Below are positions 35,301-49,045 of a stretch of 64,000 nucleotides of DNA, in pieces (the first letter of the stretch is position 1; each line of letters starts with the position of its first letter). The translations under genes were made by a program, and so were the position numbers. This DNA is from Mytilus trossulus. Its lineage: Eukaryota. The notes below the pieces were generated by a model. That model was not told the origin of the DNA. It was given only the letters and a program-made list of their open reading frames with translations, and did no database searches. Where the stretch lies: positions 35,363,216-35,427,215 of the forward strand of contig NC_086385.1 of assembly GCF_036588685.1 (NCBI RefSeq), read 5' to 3'.

Positions 35301-38300
35301 GTTTTGTATCATATTCCTTTAAAAAATTGATGGGTTCATCGGTAAGTATGACAAATCAAACCAATATCAGTTTCATATACTCCTGGCATCAACAAACTGC
35401 GCACAAATTACGTTTTAATGAATATTAAATAAGGTAACAAATAATCCTGCAACTATTTCTTTTTGTTTTTTTCCAATATTTTACGACAACGCCGGTAATA
35501 ATTGTATTTGATAAATCAAACAATGGCAAGATGTATACAGAGCTCCAGATAAGAATTCACAAATTGGGGTTTTTACCCACCATTTCCTTATGTAATTGGG
35601 TGATACAGGTTTTTAATTGCATTATCAATTCCAATTCACCCCTCGTGTTAATATCCAATTGGGGTTTTCACCACCAAGCTCCTTAATGTATTGGTTTTTT
35701 TCATCAAAATACTATTTAATATTTAGGCAATATCAACCCCGGATGTTTTTCCATTTTAAATATGTTTCTTTCTTTGAATAATATATGTGCTATTGCTATT
35801 TTATTTTCTTAATTCAATGACGAGCAATTGTAGGTTTAATTTATGTCCCGTTTCAAACCTTCTGCCAGTTTTGTATTTTCTCACAATTTATGTAAACTGT
35901 AAATAACGGATATGTGTATTCCAAGGCACTTGCCTCAGATCTATTTTTCTCTTATATACCTTTACATAAAAAGTCTGAGAGGAATGCCTGTGTGTGTATT
36001 CACTCATTAACCGTAAAACGAAAAAAAAAATAGTATATAAACTCTAATTATACCTGAATGTTTTTTTTTATTCAATTAACATAAATCTGGGTTAAGTTAT
36101 CCCTTATTAAAACTTTTGGTTTACAATTACATATCATTTCATAATTGATTTGGCCTTTCACATTTTCTAACCAGATCTGGCAACTGATTCAGTTTTTGAC
36201 GAAGTCTCGTGTTTATTAGCAATGTTCTCGTTAAGGTACGCAAACACGCCATTGGGTTCGACAGACACTTCCTAAAAACACTGGCTGAGTGTTGTTATCA
36301 TCATATCTTTCCCTCAGTTATTCAAAGGAAGCTGAAAACATGCTTCTATTCAATATTTTTTCGGATATTCACTTTCGTTTTAATACATTGTATGTAATGA
36401 TAAATCTCGAGCAATTCGAAAAAAATATGACAACATGACACACGCTAATTGGATAAACGCCGAGAAAATCGAAATGATTTCAAAAACACGTGTACCTTTT
36501 GAGCAAGGGAAAATTCCAACAGAGACCCATTTCAGGTACTTGATGCAGGGAACTATTTTTAGAACGAAAGGACATTTCCAATTATAAATACAATCAAAAT
36601 AGATTTACGCAACAAGTGAAAACAGATAAGGGTAAATAACGCAAACGGTAGCCAACAAAGGGGTTGAGAACTCATGGTTTTGGCATATAATTGGGTTTTC
36701 CTTTGAATTAATTGGGTTATTGAACCCTGCAATGGGCAATTGCATTGGGTTTTCTATTATTTGTATTGCGTGATCACGCAAATATGCAGCTTATCTGGAG
36801 CTCTGCCTGTATACCGTGTTCGTGATTTACGTATTTTTGTATTTCCTTGTGTCTTTATATTATAAATATTATTTTAATGAACGGAAAGGAAAATAGTACA
36901 CATTTTGCAAAACAAAAGCTGACTTACTTATAAGTAATAAGAAGGATGACCTCTAAAAGGGAATTATATGAATGATCATGTCGGACACCACAATATGACC
37001 TTCAATACCTTAGTCATTATAAGATACATGGTTTTTGATTGGTTGTTATTTGTACTTTAGTGTTTTTGTTATTGTGGGGATGTATAAATATCCTGCCACG
37101 TCCTTCTGGGTATTTATTACTTTTTTTCAACTTTGTATAAACCTTTTGAGTTTAGCCCTTTCCGACTGATTTTTTATGTTTGTTAAAATATATATATTGT
37201 GCCACTACACCTCTGTCAAGGCCAGGGGGATTGTTGGGTGTCATAAAACGTGTTTAAGCGCGACATATTCTGTATCTATGTACCTGTCCCGAGTCAGGAG
37301 TCAGTAATTCAGTGGTTGCCGTTTGTTGCTGTATATCATAGTGTTCACGCTAATTAATTAGAACATAAATCAATCCGTTAGTTTTCTCGTTAAATTGTTT
37401 TACAATTGTCCTTCCGGTGTGTTGTATGGCTGAATATGTGTTTTTTTATCATTGTTGAAGGTTGTACGGTCACATCTGGTCGTTCCCTTCGCTGTCATTT
37501 GGTCTTGAGTGGATAAGTGTTTCATTGGCTTTCATACCACCTCTTCTTATTTTAACATTTACCTTTTTTTTCAACTTGACTTTACACGTATCGGAGATAA
37601 CGTAATTTCTGTATCTTTAAATACAATTTTAAATATGCGATTTAATATTCGACTTAGTTTTCAGTTATATTACGGATTTGTATCTAGAAAGGAATTAGAT
37701 TAATGGTCGAAATCATTTTTCATTATGATTAATATGACATTCAATCATTTTTCAGGTTCACCTTAATAACTGTATTTTTTTTGTGATGGCAGAGATTATA
37801 GTATTGAATATACATCGTATGAGAAAAAATCAATTAAAAAAACGGACACTACCATACATTGTATGGTTAAACTGCAACCCGATACACATATTGTGTTTTT
37901 GTCTATGTATAATAGAGTTTAACATGTATCCCATTACCAATTAGAAATCTAAAATATAAAAAAGAAGACGTGGTATCATTGCCAATGAGACAACTATCCA
38001 AAAAAGACCAAAATGACACAAACATTAACAACTATAGGTCACTGTACGGCCTTCAACAATGAGCAAAGCCCATACCGCATAGAGTCAGCTATAAAAAGCC
38101 CCGATAAGACAATGTAAAACAATTCAAGCGAGAAAACTAACGGTCTTATTTATGTTAAAAAAAAAATGAACGAAAAACAAATATGTGACACATAAACAAA
38201 CGACAACCACTGAATTACAGTATTGCATCACTATAATTGTAGGAAAAAATTATATATAATAAAACAACAAGATGTAAAATAAATTTTTACCCCATACATC

Positions 38301-41300
38301 ACTGCACACTGAGGAATCTCTGTAAAATTTCTAAATGTCATTGAAAATAGATCTTCTTTGTTGACATTGTTAACTAACTGGTGAACATTATTGGTGTTGG
38401 CAATATCTAGAAGTGATAGAAAAGAAGTTATAATAAATAAACGGCTTCGCTGAGCGAGGCTGGATACGCCCATGGAGGTCCATGATCCATGAACAGTAAG
38501 GGCATAAATGGACACAACATGAAAGCTTGATACAGGTCTGAATTTGGATAGTAATTAAATATTTGATATATTATAGGTTTCTGAATAAATGTATTAAAAA
38601 AACTTGAAATCGGTTATATGAATTGAAGTTTTATTCAATTAAAAATTTCTTGCTGTTGTGCAATACACTGTGCTGTTGCGCAATGCTTATTAGGAAATCT
38701 GTTGTCAGACAATAATCAAATAAATTTCAATTTTTTTTCTTTAAATGTCATATTTGAAATTTATGAAAATCAATCGGGAAATGACATCGATAGTTATAAA
38801 TAATTCACAAAAGTTTCATGAGAAGTACTGAAAGCATTTTTCAGTTATTGTCTGAAAACTGGAAAATACCCCTTTTTTATGAATAAAACCCTACAACTCT
38901 TTTATGAAAATCGAAAGGCAGCTGTTAATAAATATAAACAATTCACCAAAGTTTCATGCATATTGGTTAAAGTGTTTTTTAGTTAATGTCCGACATGTTG
39001 ACAACGGCCGGAGAGACGGACAGACGGACAGACAGGTATACTTTGTTTATTTTTTATTTTAAAAGTGTTATTTTGGTGCAAAGTTTTCGGTCTTTTTATT
39101 TCACGTCTTTTCGTGTTTTGACGTTTTATTTCCCGTTTTATCGTGTTTGGTTCGACGTGCGTGCTTCGTCCCCCTCATTTATTTTCCGTGTTTCGTGTCG
39201 GTAATCTTTAATTTCTCGTGCTTGTCCCGCATTTGATTAAAACGTAAACCTGGACTAAATTAAAAGTCAGTCCGGAGATTGCTTTAAATTGTGTGTTCCC
39301 AGGATATTAATTGTTATCAAATTATTTTTCTTTCAAATCAGTTGCAACTAGGGGACCCTAAAAGGTGAATGCAGGGTCTTCATGTCCATTGATAAAGACT
39401 ACATTATCTCCAAGTACGGCTGAGTAATAACTACTAATACTTTTTTCCTTAATATTTCGATTTAATTTCTTGTCAGCCGTGCTTCATTTTTCTCATTTTT
39501 TTTTCTTGCAACGTTTTATTACGATTTTTATTTTACCTGTTTCCGTGTTCAGAGCCCCCATTATTATCCTCTAAATCTTCTACGTATACATGTACATGCA
39601 TTTCTAAAATTTTGCTATATAAGTTAATTTTATGTTGTAAAACAATCTGATATGTTTAAACTTTTAATGCGTTCGTTATTTTGTTTACTTACACTCAAAT
39701 GATTCAATTGTCATATTCAGTACATGTTCATATCTGTTGTTGCCATGGAGACAATCGTATTGCACTTTGACTCCATCCTTATTGTAAGCGGAAGTGGTTA
39801 ATGTGTACATCCGGTGAACTGTATGCTGCTTTTCTAATTGGTTTATATTGTCCACAGGTTCTCCGTTTAGAGAGTGAATGTCAGTACTACCATTGCCTTT
39901 TGATTGGCTGTTATTTTTACAAAATGAACAAGTCAAATCAAAATTTTTACCGAATGTGTTTGGATTTGACGAAAGACTCCAAGATGGAGTTCCTGAAAGA
40001 ACAAAAAAAATACATATTTAAGGATTCATATGGGGTTACCGATACATAATAAAGGACAAAAGATTTTGAATAAGGGGAAACAAATAATATAGAATGCATA
40101 ATGCAACGTTTTTGCAATTTTTATTTTACGTGTTTCCGTGTTCATGTAACTTTGAAAATATAATAGGCACAACAATACGGTATTGAGAAAAATAGGGTGC
40201 TTAGAATAATAAGCAAAACATGCAAAGAAAATAGAAAAACATTCTAAAAACAGGGGATAAAGAAATTAAGTCCACCCCACCCCAAACCCCCGGCTCAATC
40301 AATACCCTCACTGTAGGTAAATGGTGCTGTGTGACTGTATTTTAACACAACACGTGCAAAAAATAAAAATTAAGTTGCCATCGATGAAGAATGCAGCTAA
40401 CAAGCCTACGACACCTTTTTTTTATACTCAGTCTGGGAGACCATTTTCGATTGATGTCCGTCGGGAACATTCAAAATTATGCGGCTTTATGACTATATTA
40501 ATTCACTAGATAAGAGGGGATCGGTAATATTCATGCACTTTAAAATTTCATTCGCCGTCTTCGTGATCGTCATTACACAGAATGAACTAGCCTTTTTCAA
40601 CTGATTTTTATAGTTCGTTCTTATGTTGTACTGTTATACCACTGTCCCAGGTTAGGGGGAGGCCGGTTGTGATCCCGCTAACATGTTTAACCCCGCCACA
40701 TTATTTATGTAAGTGCCTGTCCCAAGTCAGGAGCCTGTAATTCAGTGGTTGTCGTTTGTTTTTGTGTTACATATTTGTGTTTCGTAAATTTTTTATACAA
40801 ATAAGGCCGTTAGTTTTCTCGTTTGAATTGTTTTACATTGTCATATCGGGGCTTTGCTCATTGTTGAAGGCCGTACGGTGACCTATAGTTGTTTTAAAAT
40901 GTCTGTGTCATTTTGGTCTTTTGTGCATGGACAGTTGTCTCATTGGCAATCATACCAAATCTTCTTTTTTATAGAAAGTGTTTGTTCCGTAGATACAAAA
41001 CATTTACAGTATATTTCCAATGACACGGAAACGTAAAATATAAAATTAAAAAAAAAACGAAAATGAATTCCCGCCAATAGATATTTTTTATACAATTCAC
41101 TAAAGTTTCATACAAATTGGTTAAAGACGTTACGCACGGTATTGGTGCCACTTAGCGTTACACGACGTTCCTAACAAAACGACGATTTTGACGTTGTCAG
41201 TCCACGGAAAGTTTCAAACGTTGACCTCATATTCTACTCATGTGAAATGCCGCTTAAAGTACAGAGATTTTGAAGTTGTGCTTTACATGGTTTCATTTTT

Positions 41301-44300
41301 TCAAGCCGGTGCAAATACAAAATTTCATTGAATTTGAACCAAAAAAAATTATTACATGAACATTTTTTTATTTTTACGAAGAATAATAGATGCAACAATA
41401 ACACAAAATAACAATTTGATGTTTTGTTAAATGATTGAAATATATATATACAAAAAAGATGTGGTATGATTGCCAAGAAGACAACTCTCTACAAGAGACC
41501 AAAATGACACAGAAATTAACAACTATAGGTCACTGTATGACCTTCAAAAGCAAAACCCATACCGCATAGTCTGCTATAAAAATCACCGAAATGACAACGT
41601 AAAACAATTTTTAAGGAAGACAACATTATAGCAAACTTACTGCCTAATTTTCTTGGCTGAGGAGGATAATTAAGGAGGTCTCACTTTTGTTTGCATTTCC
41701 TTTTTCAATGTTTCTTGCTTTTATAAAGTGGGGGTGTGGTCATTAGTAAGTATTCTCTTTGTTATAGCTCCGGGGCCTTGTCTTTATGGATCCCGGAGTA
41801 TCCAAGTTAAATATTTCGACACCTTATATCCTTGAAACAATGAAGATCTACAATTTGATACATATTAATCGAGAACTTTATTTTATATAGATCAGACCAT
41901 TTCTTGAAATTATGTTATGCCAAATATGCAAGAAAAATCGTAAACAGTTTAACGTTATTATAACGCAAACGTCAAATTACGGTTACGGGGACATTTCATT
42001 GGACATTTTAGATCGTTTCGGATTTTCTACCTGCAACTCAAACAAAAGTACATATCATATCATTTTAAAGGAAATTAAATGTATTTTCCATTCATATCAG
42101 TTAACAGGTGATAAAAATTTGAGATATAGTAGAATTTCGTTTGATAAAAAGCCTCTGAATTATTCTTTGTGTTATTTTGTCCATCGGGACATTTTATTGG
42201 ACACGGGGAAAATGACGATGTATTTAAAATAAGACCGCAGTTACATAACGATTACTTCAGATAGCTTCCTCGGAACATGTATAATTTTTCTGATATTATT
42301 AAAATCCATTTTCGTATGTTATATATTATGAAATTGAAGACAGAAAGTTTTTTTACGTGTTAAGCAGCAAATTGGGACATTTTTTCTCTTTTTTATTTAA
42401 ACTTTTCTGAAGTTCTTCCTACTCTTATAGTAAAAAACGTCTATTACTTCATTTAACGTTAAATGTATACAATATATTGGTAAAATTTTAAACCATTCTA
42501 CTTACTAATGAATCCGCACTGGGATTTCAAAGACGCACATTAAACAAAATTGTAACAGCGGGACACCCTTAAAATGACGTTATAGGCATCGAAATGAGCA
42601 TTTTTTTTCATCAAAAAGTAGACAAAGCACAATTTCATCTATGTTATTGATTTCTATGGTTTATTTCCTTTCGAATGATATGCACAACATATATATTTAT
42701 TGTATAGGATGAGAGCTTGAATTTGAATAACCCGCCATCTAACCCATATTTCCAAAGTGACACCAATATCGTGCGCAACGTCTAAAGCGTTTTTGAGTTA
42801 TTGGCTTACATGTTGACGACGGACGGACGGACAGACAACGGTATACCATAATACATGCATATGTTACGCAAAGGGGAGTATAAAAAGGATTTTTTTTTTG
42901 TGTCCATGAATTTTCATTTTTTTCTAATCAAATGCAGCCCGAAACCAAAACATCCATTATCTATTAAATTTCTCGCATATTTAAAAAATTCTTAAATTAT
43001 ATTTTTGATTTAACATATTTAATGCAGCGAAAACGAAAACCCAAAATTATCAGTGTAACAGTGACAAAGATGTCAGTGTGTGTACTTTTCGTTTTAAGAG
43101 AAAAAAAAATACTGCAAAATAAAGATTATAACTTTAACACAAAACCATAGAATACAATGTCAATGACCTTTTTAGCTATTTAACACTCTATCACAACTGT
43201 ATTTACGTACTAGTTTACTTATGTGTCTGAGGTTATGAATAAAATCATGTAAATCTTGATAATTATTTCAAAATTAAAGGGACCAGATAACGGCTCCTTT
43301 CAAACTCTTCTACTTTTCATGAAACGTTTTTGAATTTGAATGTATAAATTTAACAGTAAAGAATTATACTTACCAAGAACTATCTGAATTAAAAACACTG
43401 CATATATCTATAAAAAAAATATTGTAAAGTACATGAATCATAAGCTGAATTAAACACTAGCATGTTGTATATATATACTATATTTGCTTAGAGTAAAAAA
43501 AAAATGAAAGATAGGTTTATTAGAATTGTTTATTACCAAAAAATGTAATGATATCGTATTGAAGTTTACACATGACTTTTCTACCATTGCCGTATTGTCG
43601 GGGTGCCATTTCGTTTGTACGTGAATTCGCATTCCCTTTTTCGTATCAGTCGGAAATATATATTGACAAAATTTTAACTCTCCTGTAAACACTATATATA
43701 GCTATATAAACAAAATCTTTTCAATTTGAGTCCCATTTCAACTAGGACGCTATCAATTATGATCAATTATTGGAATGCCCCGAAAATTGGTGACCCGAAA
43801 TACCTCTCGATTTTGTTTTTACATGATTTTTTCCAATTGTTTTTTATCAATATGCTGCAAAGATCATCTTTTAAATTTCATTTTACAAGCTTCTAAATCA
43901 ATTATCTGGATAAATATAAGTACTGAACATTCAACATCGTTTATTTGCATGCATATTTATTATACATGTAACACCGATTAATAAATAATTTCGATACAAA
44001 TGAACAATTATTTGGGGGGAAAAAATTCTCAGAGTCGTCACCGGTAATATTTTATTATTCACTTTCTCGATGCACTCTACATGTACATGTATCATAAGAA
44101 GATTGATTGAATTTTCTTTTGTTTTGTTCACTGGATTTCCCACTGGTATGATCTGGAAATAACTTGAAATAACTGATAATCATCCATAATGATTCTTATT
44201 CTTTTGTATAGTACAATTTTTAAAATTCAGTTATTTGCGACATGTCTGTGTACATATTGATTTTCATATTCAAAATAATTTAATACATAAATTTCAATTA

Positions 44301-44863
44301 TTAAATGCTATATCTAACATTAATTAATATTCTCAACATTCAGTTTTATTAAAACGAGTGTTCACTTGACAATTATTGATCATTATTGACACAAAAATAA
44401 GAAATTTCAAGTATTGAACTGCTTTAATAATATTATCATTTAATATAAACCCTCGCTACTCTTCCAAACATAAACCAAGCCCATAAACCTGAAATGTCAG
44501 GGCCTAAGCGGATGCAGGGGGGATGGGGCCGCCCCCCTTTAGACCAGTCCCCCTTTAATAAAAACCTCTGGATCCACTGGTGCACGTGGATGATGCATAT
44601 GGAAAAACATATATTATAGTTACATGCAGGAGTGACTCCTAGTCACCAAGGACAGGTGCTTAAATTCTAAATGACACTCAAACAAATGAACATAGATACA
44701 TAAATAATGATACATTAGTAACATGTAACTGTTATGTGTGTATTACATATTATTCCAAGGTTGACAATATCAGCCCGTTAGCACATGGTTCAGACATCGT
44801 AAAGTTTTCCTAGTTAATATAAATATAGAAACTTACCACGATACATTTTATGATAGATTCCAT
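32385..44863 (-). CDS. Probable host multi-exon Ig-like type I membrane protein; exons 44837-44863, 43374-43407, 39693-39992, 34420-34617, 32385-32524 (may be incomplete)
   Basis: Phase-compatible GT/AG junctions give signal peptide MESIIKCIVIYAVFLIQIVLG, a 300-nt phase 1-1 exon with W...FGKNFDLTC...YTL...YDC (Ig-like), a Cys-containing exon (C..VLTVTCDIG) and TM FGLGIFIVVSIVFVGGFILGIII. Confidence 0.6.
35538..36805. mobile_element. Non-autonomous hAT-like element
   Basis: Perfect 16-bp TIR CAGAGCTCCAGATAAG; 8-bp flanks GATGTATA / CCTGTATA (6 of 8 match). Confidence 0.75.
41126..42782. mobile_element. Non-autonomous TIR element nested in another repeat and itself carrying a SINE-like insert
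   Basis: 28-bp TIR GACGTTACGCACGGTATTGGTGCCACTT / AAGTGACACCAATATCGTGCGCAACGTC (3 mismatches); TAAA on both flanks; rejoined flanks resemble the uninterrupted repeat at about 38940-39030. Confidence 0.7.
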
Positions 44864-45511
44864 AGTGCTCCTCCACAGAATATTAAATTGATGTCCAAAA
44901 TTTATAATGCACTTTTTAAACAGCGGAAAGTTGACAATCTACACGACCACAATGTGTGCTATTGTTGATTGATACGCTATGACAGCGCTCTGAATAGCAA
45001 ATCGTAACGGAAAAAAAGTTCAAGGTGCACGTTTAAATTACACGCTTGGATTCTAACCTATATTTCGGTACAATTGGTAATAAATACCTTATATAATACA
45101 CAATAGTTTGCTAACCATCAACATAATACAGCGCGTATAAAAAGTGGGTCATACACTTAAACGTTATAACTGCATGAGGAAATTTTTTGATGCATTCTTA
45201 ACCTATTTTTTATAATCTTATAAAAGAAAGTGTGTGGAGCAATAAACATTTGATTTGATTTAAAAAGAATCGTTAAAAATTGTTCATGTCAAGTTTTTTA
45301 CACATAACACATTAACCCATATCATATGACAAAACGTTTGTACTGTATTAAAATAAAGTTTGTATGTACAAATAAAGTTTTTTAAGTGTGAATCTTTTAA
45401 CTAGAACACGTTTTTCAAACAAATCTTAAATTAATTTCATTTAATTTTTTGTGTATCTGCTTCGAGGAAAATATACACGCGTTGAACGAACTATAATAAC
45501 TTGAAGGATAA

Positions 45512-45818
45512 GGGAGCTACCATTTGATTTTTATGGGGGGGGGGGGGGGGGGGGGATGAAAATTGAAAAAAATAGGCAGGACAGGAGTTTTGAGTAAAAA
45601 AAAGGCAGGATGAGACACTTGCAAAAAAAAAAAGTCAGGATGACAATTTATGTAAAAAAAGTCAGGATAAACTAAAAAAAAAAAAGCAGGACCAGATAAC
45701 TGAAAATTAAAAAGGCAGGACAGAGATTACAACTAAAAAAAAATGCAGGACAAAATTTTTCATCCTAGCCCCCCCCCCCCCCCCCCCCCCCCCCCATAAA
45801 AATCAAATGGTAGCTCCC
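45512..45818. mobile_element. PIF/Harbinger-like MITE with poly-G/poly-C arms; degenerate copy at about 32649-32907
   Basis: Perfect TIR GGGAGCTACCATTTGATTTTTATGGGGG..., TAA on both flanks, internal CAGGA(C/T) repeats. Confidence 0.85.
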
Positions 45819-46096
45819 TAATGGATTCAGAAATATTTTTTTTATTGCTTGATTGCAATATTCTTCTCCTCCTCAAATTGGGGGTCGGAATATATATTTT
45901 GGAAAAATAACATACCCCCTTTTTTTTTTTTTAAAGTTCAATGGTTGTTCCTCACCGAGGGTTGTTCCCTCAAGGGCTCAAATAAACAACCCTAGTTCTT
46001 CGGCTACAAATACTGACTTAAAATCGGCAATAGTTAGTAAAAAAAATTAAATAATTGAACACCCCTTAAACCCCTTGTTTATAAGATTTCAAATTT

Positions 46097-46200
46097 AGTC
46101 TTGTAACAAACATACTGCATGCAGTCTTGTAACAAACATACTGCATGCAGTCTTGTAACAAACATACTGCATGCAGTCTTGTAACAAACATACTGCATGC
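46097..46200. repeat. Minisatellite, 4 x 26 bp
   Basis: AGTCTTGTAACAAACATACTGCATGC repeated four times perfectly. Confidence 0.95.
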
Positions 46201-49045
46201 CATCGAAATAGTCAGATGAAAATGTCTGGAGATTGTTGGGAACACAATTTGCAATGTATCTTGCTTTTAAATAAAACAAAACGTGTTATCATTTGTTCGG
46301 GAAATTGGTTCAATAAATACTTTTGGAAATCAATTTTGAAAATACGTTACTAATTAATCGCAACATATAAAATATTAATCATTGTAACAAATGCAATTAT
46401 TTCGATAGCTTGAAGATACAAAAATAACCTTGATTTACCAGATAAGTGTTATACGTCCAGCGGCACATATCACATGCATGCATTGTCATTACGGTAGCAT
46501 ATATATATATACTCAGCTAACATGCGGAGTCGAAATTTAATGTGCTCACTCAAAAGATTATAGCTGTCCTAATAAAAACATAAGTTTTACCCAGAAACTT
46601 AGCCTAGTAACTACCATGAATATTTTGATAGCTAAATTATATCCGATTAACAAAGAATCATCAACACCAGCTACATGTATATTATATCCTTAATGTGATT
46701 TTTTGTTTGATACATGATTGTATGCCCCTGTCATCATGGCTTTAGGCAACATGAGCATTTACAGTGTTAACCTTGACCGTTTGTTCGTCCGTCCATCATT
46801 TCCATTTTAATTTCTGCACTAAAACTTAAATTTGCTTCATGCCAGTTTAGAGGAAATCGTACACATGCAATGTAAAGAACCAATGCTAGCAGCCAGATGT
46901 CAAATTTGGGATAAAAATTATAGTCATTCACCGTTCTAGAGTTATGCCCTGTTTAATTTGGATAATTGCAAAGATTGAGAGTGTGCATTCGTGTCCTCAG
47001 AGACATTCATATATATTTATCAGTTGAAGTTGGTCTTGGTCTAGCTTTCATATTGGTAATTTGTATCTTATTATATGTTTTTGTCTGTGATGTGTGTTGA
47101 TCTGATGAGTCGAACCTTTTCAATTGATAACGTTGTGTTGTTTCGCTTGTGTTTTATTTTTCATGGCGGGCCATTTTTTTCTATTATTTACCTGTACTAC
47201 CTGTGTTATAAGCGCAATTGAAATGTTTTTATTTTGGTACAAATGAAATATTCGGTGCATTACGTTTGCGCGCATTACCATTACATTTGCGCGCAGCTTT
47301 TGATAACAATTGCATCTCAATATTGCTAAGACTGAGGAATAAAAAACTGAATCAGTCCATAAGAATACTGCAAACAGGAAAAGGTGAACGTGAACTGCAA
47401 ACATACAGTTTGACTTCAGAAACTTGTCTTATTGTCCTTCCGACAACGTTACAATAATTTGAATTAAGAAATAATTTCAAGATTAATAATTGATAGTCAT
47501 GTTTATTATGAAAAAAATATATATGTATTGTCAATTATAATTTGATTTAACTTTTATTTATATTCTTATCTGAATTTATCTGTACACTGAATGCGCGCAA
47601 ATGTAATCAAAAGATGCGCGCAAACGTAAAACATGTTTATCCCCAAAGGCGCGCAAACGTAGTGCGCCCGAAATATTATGGTTTGTGGCGCAAATGAATG
47701 ACAATTAGCGCAAAAGCAAATCACCGGGATAATAATACAATGTGTTTTCAATGATTTTGTGTTTGCTGTTTGATGTATTTGCATTGTAAAATTAACATAA
47801 CTGTTTAAACAAAATGCATCAATTCTTATTTAGAAATGTTATATCCACTTCTTACATTACAAATTTAGAAATCTTTTTAGCAGGCGTTGTATTTACGTCG
47901 TGGTGACAACCTTGTCACTTTTGAGGCTTCGGAAGAGGCCATGTTGATGAAATATGAACTTCAACAGATGCATAAAGGTATAATATTCCTCATTTGAACT
48001 TTTAAATATAGTTATTACATTGGCATCATACTGGCATATTATATAATGTATAGTTTTTATAGCTGTTTAGCAGCACGAGTTTTGCTCATTGTTGAAGGCA
48101 TATGGTGACCTAAAGTTGTTCATTTCTGTGTCATGTTGGTGTCTTGTGGAGAGTTGTCTTATTGGCAATCATATCACATCTTTTTTTTAATATATTAATA
48201 TATATCTTTTTCTTCATATATATCTTTTTTTTCATATATATTGTTATTTTTATCACAGCTTTGTTTTTGTTTCATTGCTTTGTCTTTTGTTGAAAGAATC
48301 TTTGCATACAAGCAAATGCAAATATAGTCCCTGAATAAAAAAATCAAGCACTCCAAAGCGTATAAAATACTATAATTGAAAGTTCAATAGATCTATCTGA
48401 CTACAGATACCAAGGCCGTGCGATTGTACTTTTCTTGTATATTGACGAGTTTTTAATATAATCTATAAAGCACGATTTTAAGTTGAACCTAATTATTATG
48501 TAAAAATCATCTTATAAAATTAATTCTCGTCGTGGAGAAAATTTCCTTTCCGTGTTATAGTACACAACACTGAACCCAATATGAACTCTGCATTATTTTT
48601 ATTTTGTCTGCGAGCATGGTTCTTCCAATCTCTTAAAAATAAATATAATTCTAGTTATCCTTTATTCTAAAATGACGTGCTTATTTCGCTTTGTGAATAA
48701 ATAAAGGCAACAGTAGTACATGTATACCGCTGTTCAAAACTCATAAATCCATGAACAAAAAACAAAATCGGGGTAACAAACCAAAACCGAGGGAAACGCA
48801 TTAAATATAAGAGGAGAACAACGACACAACACCGAAACGCAACACACACAGAAACGGACCAAGCATCAGACAAAACACCACGAGAATAACAAAAATAAAC
48901 CCATGCTCTAAATCCAATAAAATTTGTTTGGACATGCGCATATTGACTACTGCAGAATAATGATTTTTTTAGCATGCCTATAATATACTTCCAAACTCAT
49001 GAATGATTCAAATATTGTTATTTTTTGATTTATTATGACTGTAAT

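Noticed and set aside
43931-44152. Possible extra host exon after a TTCCAG acceptor
   Set aside because: It would interrupt the signal peptide formed cleanly by exons 44837-44863 and 43374-43407, and no convincing donor was found.
47200-47730. GCGCA-rich segment as a MITE
   Set aside because: Ends are only weakly inverted and no target-site duplication could be fixed.
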